Positions 1 to 6,890 of a stretch of 25,968 bases of DNA are shown here, piece by piece. This stretch comes from a virus, in the IMG/VR virus record IMGVR_UViG_3300026194_000306, one strand, 5' to 3'. Both the position numbers and the translations under genes were made by a program. The notes beneath the pieces were generated by a model that saw only the letters and a program-made list of their open reading frames with translations, was not told where the DNA came from and did no database searches. Position 1 is the stretch's first letter; the number at the start of each line of letters is the position of its first letter.

Positions 1-91
1 CCTGCCCCTTGAGCGCCCGCGGCGACAGGTCGCGGTCGATGTCGTCGAGGATGCTGCGTATCTGCGCCAACTGGTCGCGGATGTCGGTCAT
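1..91 (-). CDS. Small helical protein MTDIRDQLAQIRSILDDIDRDLSPRALKGQ..., open at the window edge; if circular it ends GGEE* at 25955
   Basis: ATG at 91 overlaps the TGA of the upstream gene (TGATG); GGCGGTG RBS-like site upstream. Confidence 0.6.
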   Translation of the reverse strand, partial: MTDIRDQLAQIRSILDDIDRDLSPRALKGQ

Positions 92-420
92 CAGCACCGC
101 CCCCACTCGACCTGCATCTCTTCGAGCGCGCTCACCGGGAGGTCCTCGACGTACCGCACCCGGTGGACGCGACACCGCTCGGCGAGAGCCTCGGCCCGCT
201 CGGCCCGGAGCGCCTCGGCGCAGTCGGGGCAGATGCGGTCGGCAGTCGTCTCGCAGCCGCAGGAGCGGCAGAGCCGGACCCGGCCGTGCAGGAGCGCGTC
301 CCGCTGCGGCGCGTTGGCCTGCGTGCGAATCTTTATCTCTTCAAATGTCGTACTCAGGTTGCCGGTGCCCGCCTCAGTCTTGCGGGTGAGGGTGCAGGGG
401 CCGGCACAATGTGTATTCAT
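91..420 (-). CDS. Zn-finger protein (CRSC...CPDC)
   Basis: ORF track; start MNTHC at 420 in an ATGA overlap, preceded by GGAGGAAG. Confidence 0.7.
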   Translation of the reverse strand: MNTHCAGPCTLTRKTEAGTGNLSTTFEEIKIRTQANAPQRDALLHGRVRLCRSCGCETTADRICPDCAEALRAERAEALAERCRVHRVRYVEDLPVSALEEMQVEWGRC

Positions 421-539
421 TCTTCTTCCTCCGTAAGGGTAGCTTCCCCTCGCGCGATCCACGCTTCCCAGACTATTCTGGCGAGCGGGTCTCGCATTGC
501 TCGCAGTTCCGCCCTCGTGATGCTACCGTGGTGCGTCAT
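417..539 (-). CDS. 40-aa protein MTHHGSITRAELRAMRDPLARIVWEAWIARGEATLTEEEE, homolog of 8075-8233
   Basis: Translated by hand; ATGA overlaps at both ends. Confidence 0.65.
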   Translation of the reverse strand: MTHHGSITRAELRAMRDPLARIVWEAWIARGEATLTEEEE

Positions 540-730
540 GCTGGCACCTCTCGGAGTCGGCGCTCGTGGAGGGCGACCATCGCCACGCCGCGTCGCACGA
601 TCTCGCTGTCAGAGTAGCCAAGTGACCGGAGATACGCATAGTCCGACATTAGTTCGGGCCTGAGGTATCCGCCGACCTTGCGCACACTGGGCCCGTGTGC
701 GCCGTTGGCGTCATTGTCGGTCTGTGTCAT
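536..730 (-). CDS. Ribbon-helix-helix-like regulator
   Basis: RKVGGYLRPEL...YSDSEIVRRGVAMV strand-helix-helix pattern; first gene after an AT-rich promoter region. Confidence 0.55.
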   Translation of the reverse strand: MTQTDNDANGAHGPSVRKVGGYLRPELMSDYAYLRSLGYSDSEIVRRGVAMVALHERRLREVPA

Positions 731-860
731 ACAATAATCAATTTGGTGTCGGAGTATATATATTTGGCGCTATGTTGCGCCATTGTATGACGGTATATCA
801 GTATGGAGTATATCTGACCAAAAAATATATACTGGTAGGCGCCTATGTCGGTAGGAGTAC
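726..860. promoter_or_regulatory. Divergent promoter/operator region of the second switch
   Basis: TATA-like tracts; inverted repeats GTCATACAAT 726-735 / ATTGTATGAC 782-791 and AGTATATAT 753-761 / ATATATACT 825-833; direct repeat GGAGTATAT 751-759 and 805-813. Confidence 0.7.
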
Positions 861-1007
861 ATGTCAGACGATGAGGTAAATGAGAGCACAGTCCGGGTCT
901 CGCTCCGTATCCCGGCGCGGATGGTGGATCGGATCGACGAGATCAGGGGCCCCTACCGGGACCGCACGAGCATGATCCTGGAGAGGAGTGATAGATCCCT
1001 CCCATAA
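861..1007 (+). CDS. CopG-like RHH protein MSDDEVNESTVRVSLRIPARMVDRIDEIRGPYRDRTSMILERSDRSLP
   Basis: Translated by hand; AGGAG RBS at 853-857; VRVSLRIP beta-strand followed by a helix. Confidence 0.65.
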   Translation: MSDDEVNESTVRVSLRIPARMVDRIDEIRGPYRDRTSMILERSDRSLP

Positions 1008-1179
1008 CCACCGCCGCAACTCCGGCACCCAGGACCACAAGCCCCAACTCAAAGTAGGATGAGATCGTGCAGTAGGATTGCACCATTATGATCGCAAGTC
1101 CAGCAGTTACAATTCCAAGCCCCATCCAGGACAGATAATTATCGAGACGCCCTTTTCTGAGTGCCTTATTATGTCCCAT
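943..1179 (-). CDS. Small two-TM membrane protein, last gene of the early array
   Basis: ORF track; two hydrophobic segments; junction motif B directly upstream. Confidence 0.65.
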   Translation of the reverse strand: MGHNKALRKGRLDNYLSWMGLGIVTAGLAIIMVQSYCTISSYFELGLVVLGAGVAAVVMGGIYHSSPGSCSCGPGRGP

Positions 1180-1182
1180 TTC

Positions 1183-1344
1183 TCATTCCTCTACCACATG
1201 AGACCGGATAGCCAGCGGTCGCAGATCCGGCGAGCAGTCATATGACTGGTGGACGAACGCGGCCTCCTCGGTCGAAAACCGGCGACCGCAGACCCGGCAC
1301 CGATATCCGGCCGGGAGTTCTTCGATCTTCAGTTTGGCTTTCAC
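1183..1344 (-). CDS. 53-aa Zn-finger protein (CRVC...H...C), copy 1
   Basis: Translated by hand from GTG at 1344: MKAKLKIEELPAGYRCRVCGRRFSTEEAAFVHQSYDCSPDLRPLAIRSHVVEE; GAGGTGA RBS. Confidence 0.75.
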   Translation of the reverse strand: MKAKLKIEELPAGYRCRVCGRRFSTEEAAFVHQSYDCSPDLRPLAIRSHVVEE

Positions 1345-1354
1345 TCTTCACCTC
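1256..1354. repeat. 99-bp exact direct repeat, copy 1 (copy 2 at 25870-25968)
   Basis: Base-by-base comparison. Confidence 0.95.
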
Positions 1355-1521
1355 TACGCACAGCCCCGCTGCCGGAACCAAGGGCAGCACCGTTGCGTCT
1401 GGTCATCATATTCTTGTCCTGGCTGATACCCACACAGAGCCCGTTTCGGTCGAGCAGCGCACCGCTTGCAGATGATACGTCCCGACACGGATGTCTCTCC
1501 CCAGCCACACAGGTTTTTCAT
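1354..1521 (-). CDS. Cys-rich small protein MKNLCGWGET..., paralog of 23886-24098
   Basis: AGGTGACAAC ATG start; ends inside junction motif A. Confidence 0.75.
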   Translation of the reverse strand: MKNLCGWGETSVSGRIICKRCAARPKRALCGYQPGQEYDDQTQRCCPWFRQRGCA

Positions 1522-1538
1522 GTTGTCACCTACGCACA

Positions 1539-1796
1539 TCAGTCCCAGTCTCCACCGTCGTTCAGGATTTTTGCCTGATCGACCATAAACCGGGGGTCCA
1601 CTCCACCGAACTCCGTCATTACTGTGCTTTCTCCCTTGTTTCCACATCTCATGATACAGAGAGACCCGCTTCCAGAGAAAATCCAGAATCCATATTTTCC
1701 CAACGTCTCCGCTGCCGATTTAAACCGGGTCACAGCGGCTTTCTCCTCTTTTGTCAGATCCAGGAGTGCTTTTACCTCATCGTCGGTATATTCCAT
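1539..1796 (-). CDS. Hypothetical protein MEYTDDEV...
   Basis: ORF track trimmed to the ATG after AGGTGACAAC. Confidence 0.75.
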   Translation of the reverse strand: MEYTDDEVKALLDLTKEEKAAVTRFKSAAETLGKYGFWIFSGSGSLCIMRCGNKGESTVMTEFGGVDPRFMVDQAKILNDGGDWD

Positions 1797-1804
1797 GTTG
1801 TCAC

Positions 1805-2146
1805 CTACGCACACCTGCGGATCTCGTCCTGCGGGGATAGGATCGCCGGGTCCGGGCAGTGATCGTCACATGAGTAGATCAGGCAGCTGGCAACCCCAGC
1901 CCCTCGGCACTCGATTTCCCACGTCGCTGGCCGGTGGCAACCCTTGGTGTCGCAGGTTTCGCAGACGCGCCCCTCCAGCGCGATCCTGTCGTGGATCAAC
2001 TCATGCACCCGGAGCAGCCCATCCCAATCTATGTTGAGCCGCCCCCCGGAGCCGTCCGGGTAGGTCTGCTGGATGCGGTATAGGGCCTGCTCCGGCGGGG
2101 CATCGGGCGCGCCCGCCTTGATAATCTCAAACGTTTCGTCGTCCAT
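1805..2146 (-). CDS. Hypothetical protein with C-terminal Zn finger (CETC...C...C...C..HC)
   Basis: ORF track; RBS within motif B. Confidence 0.75.
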   Translation of the reverse strand: MDDETFEIIKAGAPDAPPEQALYRIQQTYPDGSGGRLNIDWDGLLRVHELIHDRIALEGRVCETCDTKGCHRPATWEIECRGAGVASCLIYSCDDHCPDPAILSPQDEIRRCA

Positions 2147-2152
2147 CGTCCC

Positions 2153-2350
2153 TCACTCCTCTACCAGGGCATCAACCGCCCTGCGGTTACATTCGACACA
2201 TAGCCCCTTTCCGACCTCAATGAAAGTCATCGATGGGAACAAGTGTGCGGGGTAGACCTCGCGGGCCGCTGCCAGGCTGTCAGCCAGCAGATACCAACCG
2301 CCCCGGATGATCTCTTCATTCGCGGATTCAACGCGGAATACTGGTTTCAT
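2153..2350 (-). CDS. Small protein with CVEC motif, ends LVEE
   Basis: ORF track; motif B on both sides. Confidence 0.7.
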   Translation of the reverse strand: MKPVFRVESANEEIIRGGWYLLADSLAAAREVYPAHLFPSMTFIEVGKGLCVECNRRAVDALVEE

Positions 2351-2353
2351 CCT

Positions 2354-2497
2354 TCAGTCCTCTACCAGCCCGTTAAGCGGGCATTTTGAGCAGTCCGCAC
2401 CGCATGACCGGCAGTGCTTACCATCCCACGATCCGACGCTGCAATCCTTTTCCGGGCAACAGGAGCCTGGGAGGTGCCTGAGTGTTATTGTGTCCAT
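2354..2497 (-). CDS. 47-aa Cys-rich protein MDTITLRHLPGSCCPEKDCSVGSWDGKHCRSCGADCSKCPLNGLVED
   Basis: Translated by hand; bounded by motif B copies. Confidence 0.65.
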   Translation of the reverse strand: MDTITLRHLPGSCCPEKDCSVGSWDGKHCRSCGADCSKCPLNGLVED

Positions 2498-2508
2498 CTT
2501 CTACTCCT

Positions 2509-2634
2509 CTACCATCCATCGTTTCGAGGATCGTGCTCTTCCTGCTTCCAGGCCCATGCTTCTCTTAGGCAGTCTTCACAGTTCTTCGGGCATTTCGGGT
2601 TGCACCGCCGGCAACTGTTATCATTCTCGTCCAT
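2509..2634 (-). CDS. 41-aa Cys-rich protein MDENDNSCRRCNPKCPKNCEDCLREAWAWKQEEHDPRNDGW
   Basis: Translated by hand; bounded by motif B copies. Confidence 0.65.
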   Translation of the reverse strand: MDENDNSCRRCNPKCPKNCEDCLREAWAWKQEEHDPRNDGW

Positions 2635-2648
2635 CGTCCTTCACTCCT

Positions 2649-2903
2649 CTACCATCTCACTCTTCGGACCACTGATTGACGATGATGTTGTCTCCGCAGA
2701 TGTTCACGCACAGGAAGCCCTAATTCTTCCTCTCTTTTCTCCATCGCCTCATATTCATCTAAGGAGAACTGGATGAGGGTTTCCTGCATTCTCTTCAGCT
2801 GGTTAAATTTGGTGTAGTGCTTCTTCCACTCGTCATCGGAGTATGCTTTATGAAGAGATTCTGTATCCGAAACCCCCCCGTCAATATTGATTATTTTAGA
2901 CAT
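2649..2903 (-). CDS. Hypothetical charged helical protein MSKIINIDGG...
   Basis: ORF track trimmed to the ATG after GAGGTGAAG. Confidence 0.7.
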   Translation of the reverse strand: MSKIINIDGGVSDTESLHKAYSDDEWKKHYTKFNQLKRMQETLIQFSLDEYEAMEKREEELGLPVREHLRRQHHRQSVVRRVRW

Positions 2904-2927
2904 CTTCACCTCTACGCACAGGGATGA

Positions 2928-3155
2928 CTAGTCCTCGGGCCATTCGAGGATGGCCTCAATGTCAGTCACGGCCCGCCGGCACGCGGCCGAGGCAACCATC
3001 TCTTCCTCCCATCGCTCCAGGTCGCAATACTCTTCCCGGGCCGCTGCCCGGAGAGTGGGGTTGAGGAGGATGGCCCTCACGATCTGCTCAAGGTCGTCGT
3101 TGCTCCGCTTCAGGCGGGCGACGGCCTTCAAGTAGAGTTCGTCTTTCGGTCTCAT
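2928..3155 (-). CDS. Hypothetical helical protein
   Basis: ORF track; ATGA overlap with the upstream gene. Confidence 0.7.
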   Translation of the reverse strand: MRPKDELYLKAVARLKRSNDDLEQIVRAILLNPTLRAAAREEYCDLERWEEEMVASAACRRAVTDIEAILEWPED

Positions 3156-3484
3156 CGCGGCACGCTCCGGGCGTCGAGCTCTGATATTCGCGTCACCTTC
3201 AGATAGAGAGAGATGCCGTATTTCTTCTCAATCTCCCCTTCCCATGATGCGATGAGGGCGTTCAGACGGTCGAGATCGGGATCTTGGCCGCTGAGGGCGA
3301 GGGCGTATATGTCTACGGGGTTCGGGAAGTTCTCCGGGTCCGGCTCTGATGAGCCTTCGGGAGCTTCGTATTCGGCCATGTAGTCATGCCAGCCGGTCAC
3401 TACATCGATCACTTCGCTCCAGCTGTCAGTAGTATGATCGGTGATGCCGTCCGTAATGCGATACCAGATCCGTTCGTTTTCCAT
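3152..3484 (-). CDS. Acidic hypothetical protein
   Basis: ORF track; GGAGTGA RBS. Confidence 0.75.
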   Translation of the reverse strand: MENERIWYRITDGITDHTTDSWSEVIDVVTGWHDYMAEYEAPEGSSEPDPENFPNPVDIYALALSGQDPDLDRLNALIASWEGEIEKKYGISLYLKVTRISELDARSVPR

Positions 3485-3488
3485 CGTT

Positions 3489-3644
3489 TCACTCCTTCAA
3501 GCGGGCTTCCCAGTCTTGGCAACTCATGTGCCACAACATATCCAGCTCATGCTTCCGACACACGATCCATTCAGGGCACCCCGACCAAGCACACGGAGCA
3601 CTGTGGTTGCAGGTTTTACAGGTTTCCTTTTCATTCCAAGCCAT
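3489..3644 (-). CDS. Small Cys-rich protein MAWNEKETCKTCNH...
   Basis: ORF track trimmed to the ATG after GAGGATGG; CxxC pattern. Confidence 0.6.
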   Translation of the reverse strand: MAWNEKETCKTCNHSAPCAWSGCPEWIVCRKHELDMLWHMSCQDWEARLKE

Positions 3645-3666
3645 GTTTCCATCCTCAATTAAAACG

Positions 3667-3831
3667 TCAATCCTCCGGCACCGCTCCGCGCTCCGGGCAG
3701 AGGCAGAGGTGCTGATCACAGTCCCAGGCGGCCCGGTCGGGGCAGCCGCACCGGAAATGATAGTCGATCGCGGCGATCCAGGTGCCTTCCCTGACCTCGC
3801 GGACCTCGTGGGGGCAGCGGCGGGGCGTCAC
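3667..3831 (-). CDS. Small Cys-rich protein (GTG start)
   Basis: GTGA overlap with the upstream gene; Cys-rich. Confidence 0.5.
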   Translation of the reverse strand: MTPRRCPHEVREVREGTWIAAIDYHFRCGCPDRAAWDCDQHLCLCPERGAVPED

Positions 3832-4235
3832 TCCTGGCACCTCCCGTAAAGGGTGTTCACCCAGCTCCGGACCCACCGGATCATGTGCCGCAGGCCGCCG
3901 GCGCCCCTCGGCCGGGCCACCGCCTGAGTTATCGCCACGGCGGGCATCATGAGGGCGATCTCTTCCAGGGGAGAGCGGGGGGTCGGGTCAATCTCGATCG
4001 GGCCGAACGGGGTGTATACCGTGATGGGTTCCGGTTCTGGCGCAGGCTCCGGGAAGATGTTGATGGTGATTACCCGGGGCCGGGGGGCCGGTCGCTGCGG
4101 TTTCGTGACGGGTTGTAACTTCCTCCGCTCCCGCATTGCCTGGAGGTTCAGGTCTCCGGGACAGTGCGGGGGCGGGACGATCGCTAGGGGCTGGACGTGG
4201 TGGTACTCGAGCCGGGGAGCGGGCTTGTACTGCAT
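3828..4235 (-). CDS. Pro-rich hypothetical protein MQYKPAP...
   Basis: ORF track trimmed to the TGATG overlap; GGAGGTG RBS. Confidence 0.65.
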   Translation of the reverse strand: MQYKPAPRLEYHHVQPLAIVPPPHCPGDLNLQAMRERRKLQPVTKPQRPAPRPRVITINIFPEPAPEPEPITVYTPFGPIEIDPTPRSPLEEIALMMPAVAITQAVARPRGAGGLRHMIRWVRSWVNTLYGRCQE

Positions 4236-4558
4236 CAGGCACCTCCGTCCCCGGTCAGACCGCGGGCGAGGTTCTCCCATCGGTGATCGCCTTCCTCTTC
4301 GTATGCCCCGGCGGTGTGCGCCCGGATCGTGTCCCGGCGCCGGTGCGAGAACCGGAAGTAGTGGTCCGGGCGGTTGCGGGCGGCCTGCTTGCACTGTTCG
4401 CTACAGAAGAGCAAGCGGCGCTTCCGGGTGCGGTCGTATGCCTCAACGGCTGCGGTGTATCTGAGGGGCTTGCCGCAGTAGTGGCAGGTTAGAGAGGGCT
4501 GTGTGCCCTGCTCCTGCGTTTCTGGCAGGGGTTCGATACTCGGATCATGTCTTTGCAT
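4235..4558 (-). CDS. TRASH/MYM-like Zn-finger protein (CHYC...FCSEQC)
   Basis: Motif CxxC-x22-FCSxxC; start after GGAGG. Confidence 0.7.
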   Translation of the reverse strand: MQRHDPSIEPLPETQEQGTQPSLTCHYCGKPLRYTAAVEAYDRTRKRRLLFCSEQCKQAARNRPDHYFRFSHRRRDTIRAHTAGAYEEEGDHRWENLARGLTGDGGA

Positions 4559-5777
4559 GTCTTCCTCCGTTGCCGCCCGTTGTGGTGGGTTGGCAGGGGC
4601 GGTTTTCGTGCCCGGTTTGACCGGGAACAAGGTTGGTCAGAACGAGGTCCCAGAGTTGTTCGTTCCGCTTCATGACGGCGGCGAGAATCTGGGTCACGTT
4701 GTCGAGCTTCTGCTGCATGGTGATGCCGCCGCAGACGGCCGCCTCGATGCTGTTGAGCTGGGCGGTGAGCGGCTGGATGGCCTGGGGGATCGCGGCGGTG
4801 ATGTGGTCGGCGATGGTGCTGTCGAGCCGGTGCATCTGGAAGATGGCCCGGTCGAGGGCGGTAGCGCGGGCGGGGTCGAGGGTCTCGATCTCGGCGTGGT
4901 AGGGGTCGCCGTTGCTCTCGGGGCTGTGGTCGATCCAGAAGCCGGGGAGAGCGGTTTGTTCGGCGGCGTGCGGGGCGTCGGTGCAGAAGGTGAAGCCGTA
5001 GTGGGTTTTCGTGGGCTGGCGGCCGTGCGTGACTTCGAGGTATACGCCGAAGCGTCGCTGCTTCTCGACGAAGAGGGCGATAGCGTCCTCGATGGCCTTC
5101 CGGGTGAGTTCTTCGGCGTCCTGGATGCTCTCGGCGGTGACGGTCTGCCCTTTGTCGGGGTAGGCGGTGAGGGTGCCGGGGTGGACGTCGATGGTGACGT
5201 TCGGGGCGGTGCCTTTGCCGGGGTAGAAGAATTTGTGGCGGGCGCCGCCTCGCATGTTCCAGCTCTTTTCGTAGCCGGTGCGTGGGTCGGTGGCGACGGG
5301 GCCGGATTGTCTGAGGATGGTGTAGGACCGGCGGATGTTGTGGACGCGGCAGCTGGTGTACTGGATGTAGTCGGTCTCCCGGTCGATCTGTTTTCTGAGG
5401 GCCGGGTTTACTGAGTAGGTGGCGTTGTAGGGGCTGCCTCGCGAGGGTTCGATTGTGGGGGAGATGCCGTTCTTCCGGGCCTGCTCGGCGGCGGCTTCGG
5501 CTTTCTCCCGGGTGAGGTAGTCCTCTCGATAGGGGCGGTCGCCGAGGCGGTAGGTGAGTGTCCAGGCGCGACCGTTTTTCTGGAGGAGGTTGAGTTTCTG
5601 GAATCGTTTGACGATCTGATGGATGTACTGCCGGGAGACGTTGAGCCTGCGCCCGATCTCGGCCTGGGTGTAGTCGCCGAGGGCGAGGAGTTTGAGGGCC
5701 CGGGTCTGGAGGGGGTTCAATCGCTGGACGTAGGCGAGCGCCGCGAGATCCTCGATGGTCTGCTGGCGCTCGGACAT
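4545..5777 (-). CDS. 410-aa winged-helix DNA-binding protein, candidate replication initiator
   Basis: N-terminal HTH (YTQAEIGRRLNVSRQYIHQIVKRF); C-terminal coiled-coil-like region; largest early gene. The initiator role is inference. Confidence 0.7.
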   Translation of the reverse strand: MSERQQTIEDLAALAYVQRLNPLQTRALKLLALGDYTQAEIGRRLNVSRQYIHQIVKRFQKLNLLQKNGRAWTLTYRLGDRPYREDYLTREKAEAAAEQARKNGISPTIEPSRGSPYNATYSVNPALRKQIDRETDYIQYTSCRVHNIRRSYTILRQSGPVATDPRTGYEKSWNMRGGARHKFFYPGKGTAPNVTIDVHPGTLTAYPDKGQTVTAESIQDAEELTRKAIEDAIALFVEKQRRFGVYLEVTHGRQPTKTHYGFTFCTDAPHAAEQTALPGFWIDHSPESNGDPYHAEIETLDPARATALDRAIFQMHRLDSTIADHITAAIPQAIQPLTAQLNSIEAAVCGGITMQQKLDNVTQILAAVMKRNEQLWDLVLTNLVPGQTGHENRPCQPTTTGGNGGRHAKT

Positions 5778-5780
5778 GGG

Positions 5781-5858
5781 TTAGACGGCCTCCAGGGTGG
5801 TTGCGCCGGGGAGTGCCCCGGCGATCGGCGCCGGGAGGTCGTCGGTCATGAAACTCAT
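5781..5858 (-). CDS. Possible 25-aa peptide MSFMTDDLPAPIAGALPGATTLEAV
   Basis: ATGA overlap; fills the gap and carries the GGAGG RBS of the next gene. Confidence 0.35.
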   Translation of the reverse strand: MSFMTDDLPAPIAGALPGATTLEAV

Positions 5859-6283
5859 GAGGAGCCTCCGGGTATCGCAAGGTCGCTCTCGATCCGGCAA
5901 TTTCCGCGGGCGGTCGAGAGTTCCCGTGCGTAGGCGATCGCGGCTTTCCGGTCCGATCCTGTGAAGTGCTTTGAAAGGGTGGAGTCTGGATAGAACGCTG
6001 CGGCACGCGAGGGGGTGCCGTCGATCACCGGCTCCCGGCGCACTGAGACGAAGTACTCGACGCGCTTTGTGCTATAGTTGGTGTGGCGGCGGAGCTCGAT
6101 GACGTCAGTATACTCCTGCTGGAGGAGTTCGCGGCGGCGGGTCTCGGCGTGCTGGAGGAACTCGTATATCCTGCCAATGTCCCGCCGGGCGTACTCGATG
6201 CCGCGATCGACGTTCTCAAGGTTATACTCCCGCTTGAGGGCGTCGAGGGGGTTGCCGCCGCGGTGGTCGTCCCAGAAGGGCAT
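5855..6283 (-). CDS. Hypothetical protein MPFWDDH...
   Basis: ORF track trimmed to the TAATG overlap. Confidence 0.7.
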   Translation of the reverse strand: MPFWDDHRGGNPLDALKREYNLENVDRGIEYARRDIGRIYEFLQHAETRRRELLQQEYTDVIELRRHTNYSTKRVEYFVSVRREPVIDGTPSRAAAFYPDSTLSKHFTGSDRKAAIAYARELSTARGNCRIESDLAIPGGSS

Positions 6284-6492
6284 TAAGCCGCCCCCTGCCG
6301 CCGGGCCGCTTCCGCTAACGCTTCTGGGTTCCACTCCGGCGACCATGCGCGTTCCCCGCAGACGGGGCAGGCGTTCAGGCCGGTGTCGCTGTAAGTGAAG
6401 CGGGGGTGGGTCTTGTGCTGCATGCACGGCCGGCAGATCCACCGGCCGGTATTGAGAGTGAGCGGAGGGCGCTCCGCGATGTCCGATGACAT
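6283..6492 (-). CDS. Zn-ribbon protein (CRPC...CPVC)
   Basis: ORF track; two CxxC motifs. Confidence 0.7.
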   Translation of the reverse strand: MSSDIAERPPLTLNTGRWICRPCMQHKTHPRFTYSDTGLNACPVCGERAWSPEWNPEALAEAARRQGAA

Positions 6493-6501
6493 GGGATCGC
6501 C

Positions 6502-6720
6502 CTACGCGGTTACCTGGTCGCTGGTCTGGATGCGGGCGGCCACTCCGGGGGCGAGACGCCAGGCGGTGCCGGCGCTCTCGATGAGGCGGGCGGCGTGGAG
6601 CTGCCGCAGGGTGGTGCCCCGGGGGACGTAGATGTCCCGCATCGCCAGCGATGATGCGGTGAAGGGGGCGGTGCCGACCGCTCCGGCGATCTCCTGGAGG
6701 AACCCGTCAATGTCTGCCAT
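6502..6720 (-). CDS. Small winged-helix-like protein MADIDGFL...
   Basis: TLRQLHAARLIESAGTAWRL helix-wing pattern; TGATG overlap. Confidence 0.55.
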   Translation of the reverse strand: MADIDGFLQEIAGAVGTAPFTASSLAMRDIYVPRGTTLRQLHAARLIESAGTAWRLAPGVAARIQTSDQVTA

Positions 6721-6890
6721 CAGACATCCGCCTCCGCAGCCTCTACACAGACCGAGGTGATGGTTTCGTACCGCCACCGGCGGCGCTGCTGGCGTTCGGT
6801 CGGCATCGTCCAGTTGACTACGACATCCCCGTCCCGGATCACGGTCTGCGTCCGGGGGAGGGCGGTGGTGGAGCGGATGACCTCGATCAT
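6720..6890 (-). CDS. Hypothetical protein MIEVIRST...
   Basis: ATGA overlap; GAGGTGG RBS. Confidence 0.6.
   Translation of the reverse strand: MIEVIRSTTALPRTQTVIRDGDVVVNWTMPTERQQRRRWRYETITSVCVEAAEADV

Larger units (their letters stand above)
1177..2921 (-). repeat. Nine consecutive gene-junction repeats of two types: A (TGTGCGTAG) and B (TGGTAGAGGA)
   Basis: Plus-strand CTACGCACA at 1354, 1530, 1805, 2912 (and 25831); TCCTCTACCA at 1187, 2157, 2358, 2505, 2645. Confidence 0.9.

Noticed and set aside
1177-2921. CRISPR array interpretation of the junction repeats
   Set aside because: Spacing is 140-390 bp and irregular, repeats are 9-20 bp of two types, the intervals are protein-coding, and no cas genes are present
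4489-6006. 505-aa minus ORF and 303-aa plus ORF 4503-5414
   Set aside because: Shadows of the wHTH gene 4545-5777, which has a recognisable domain and fits the operon
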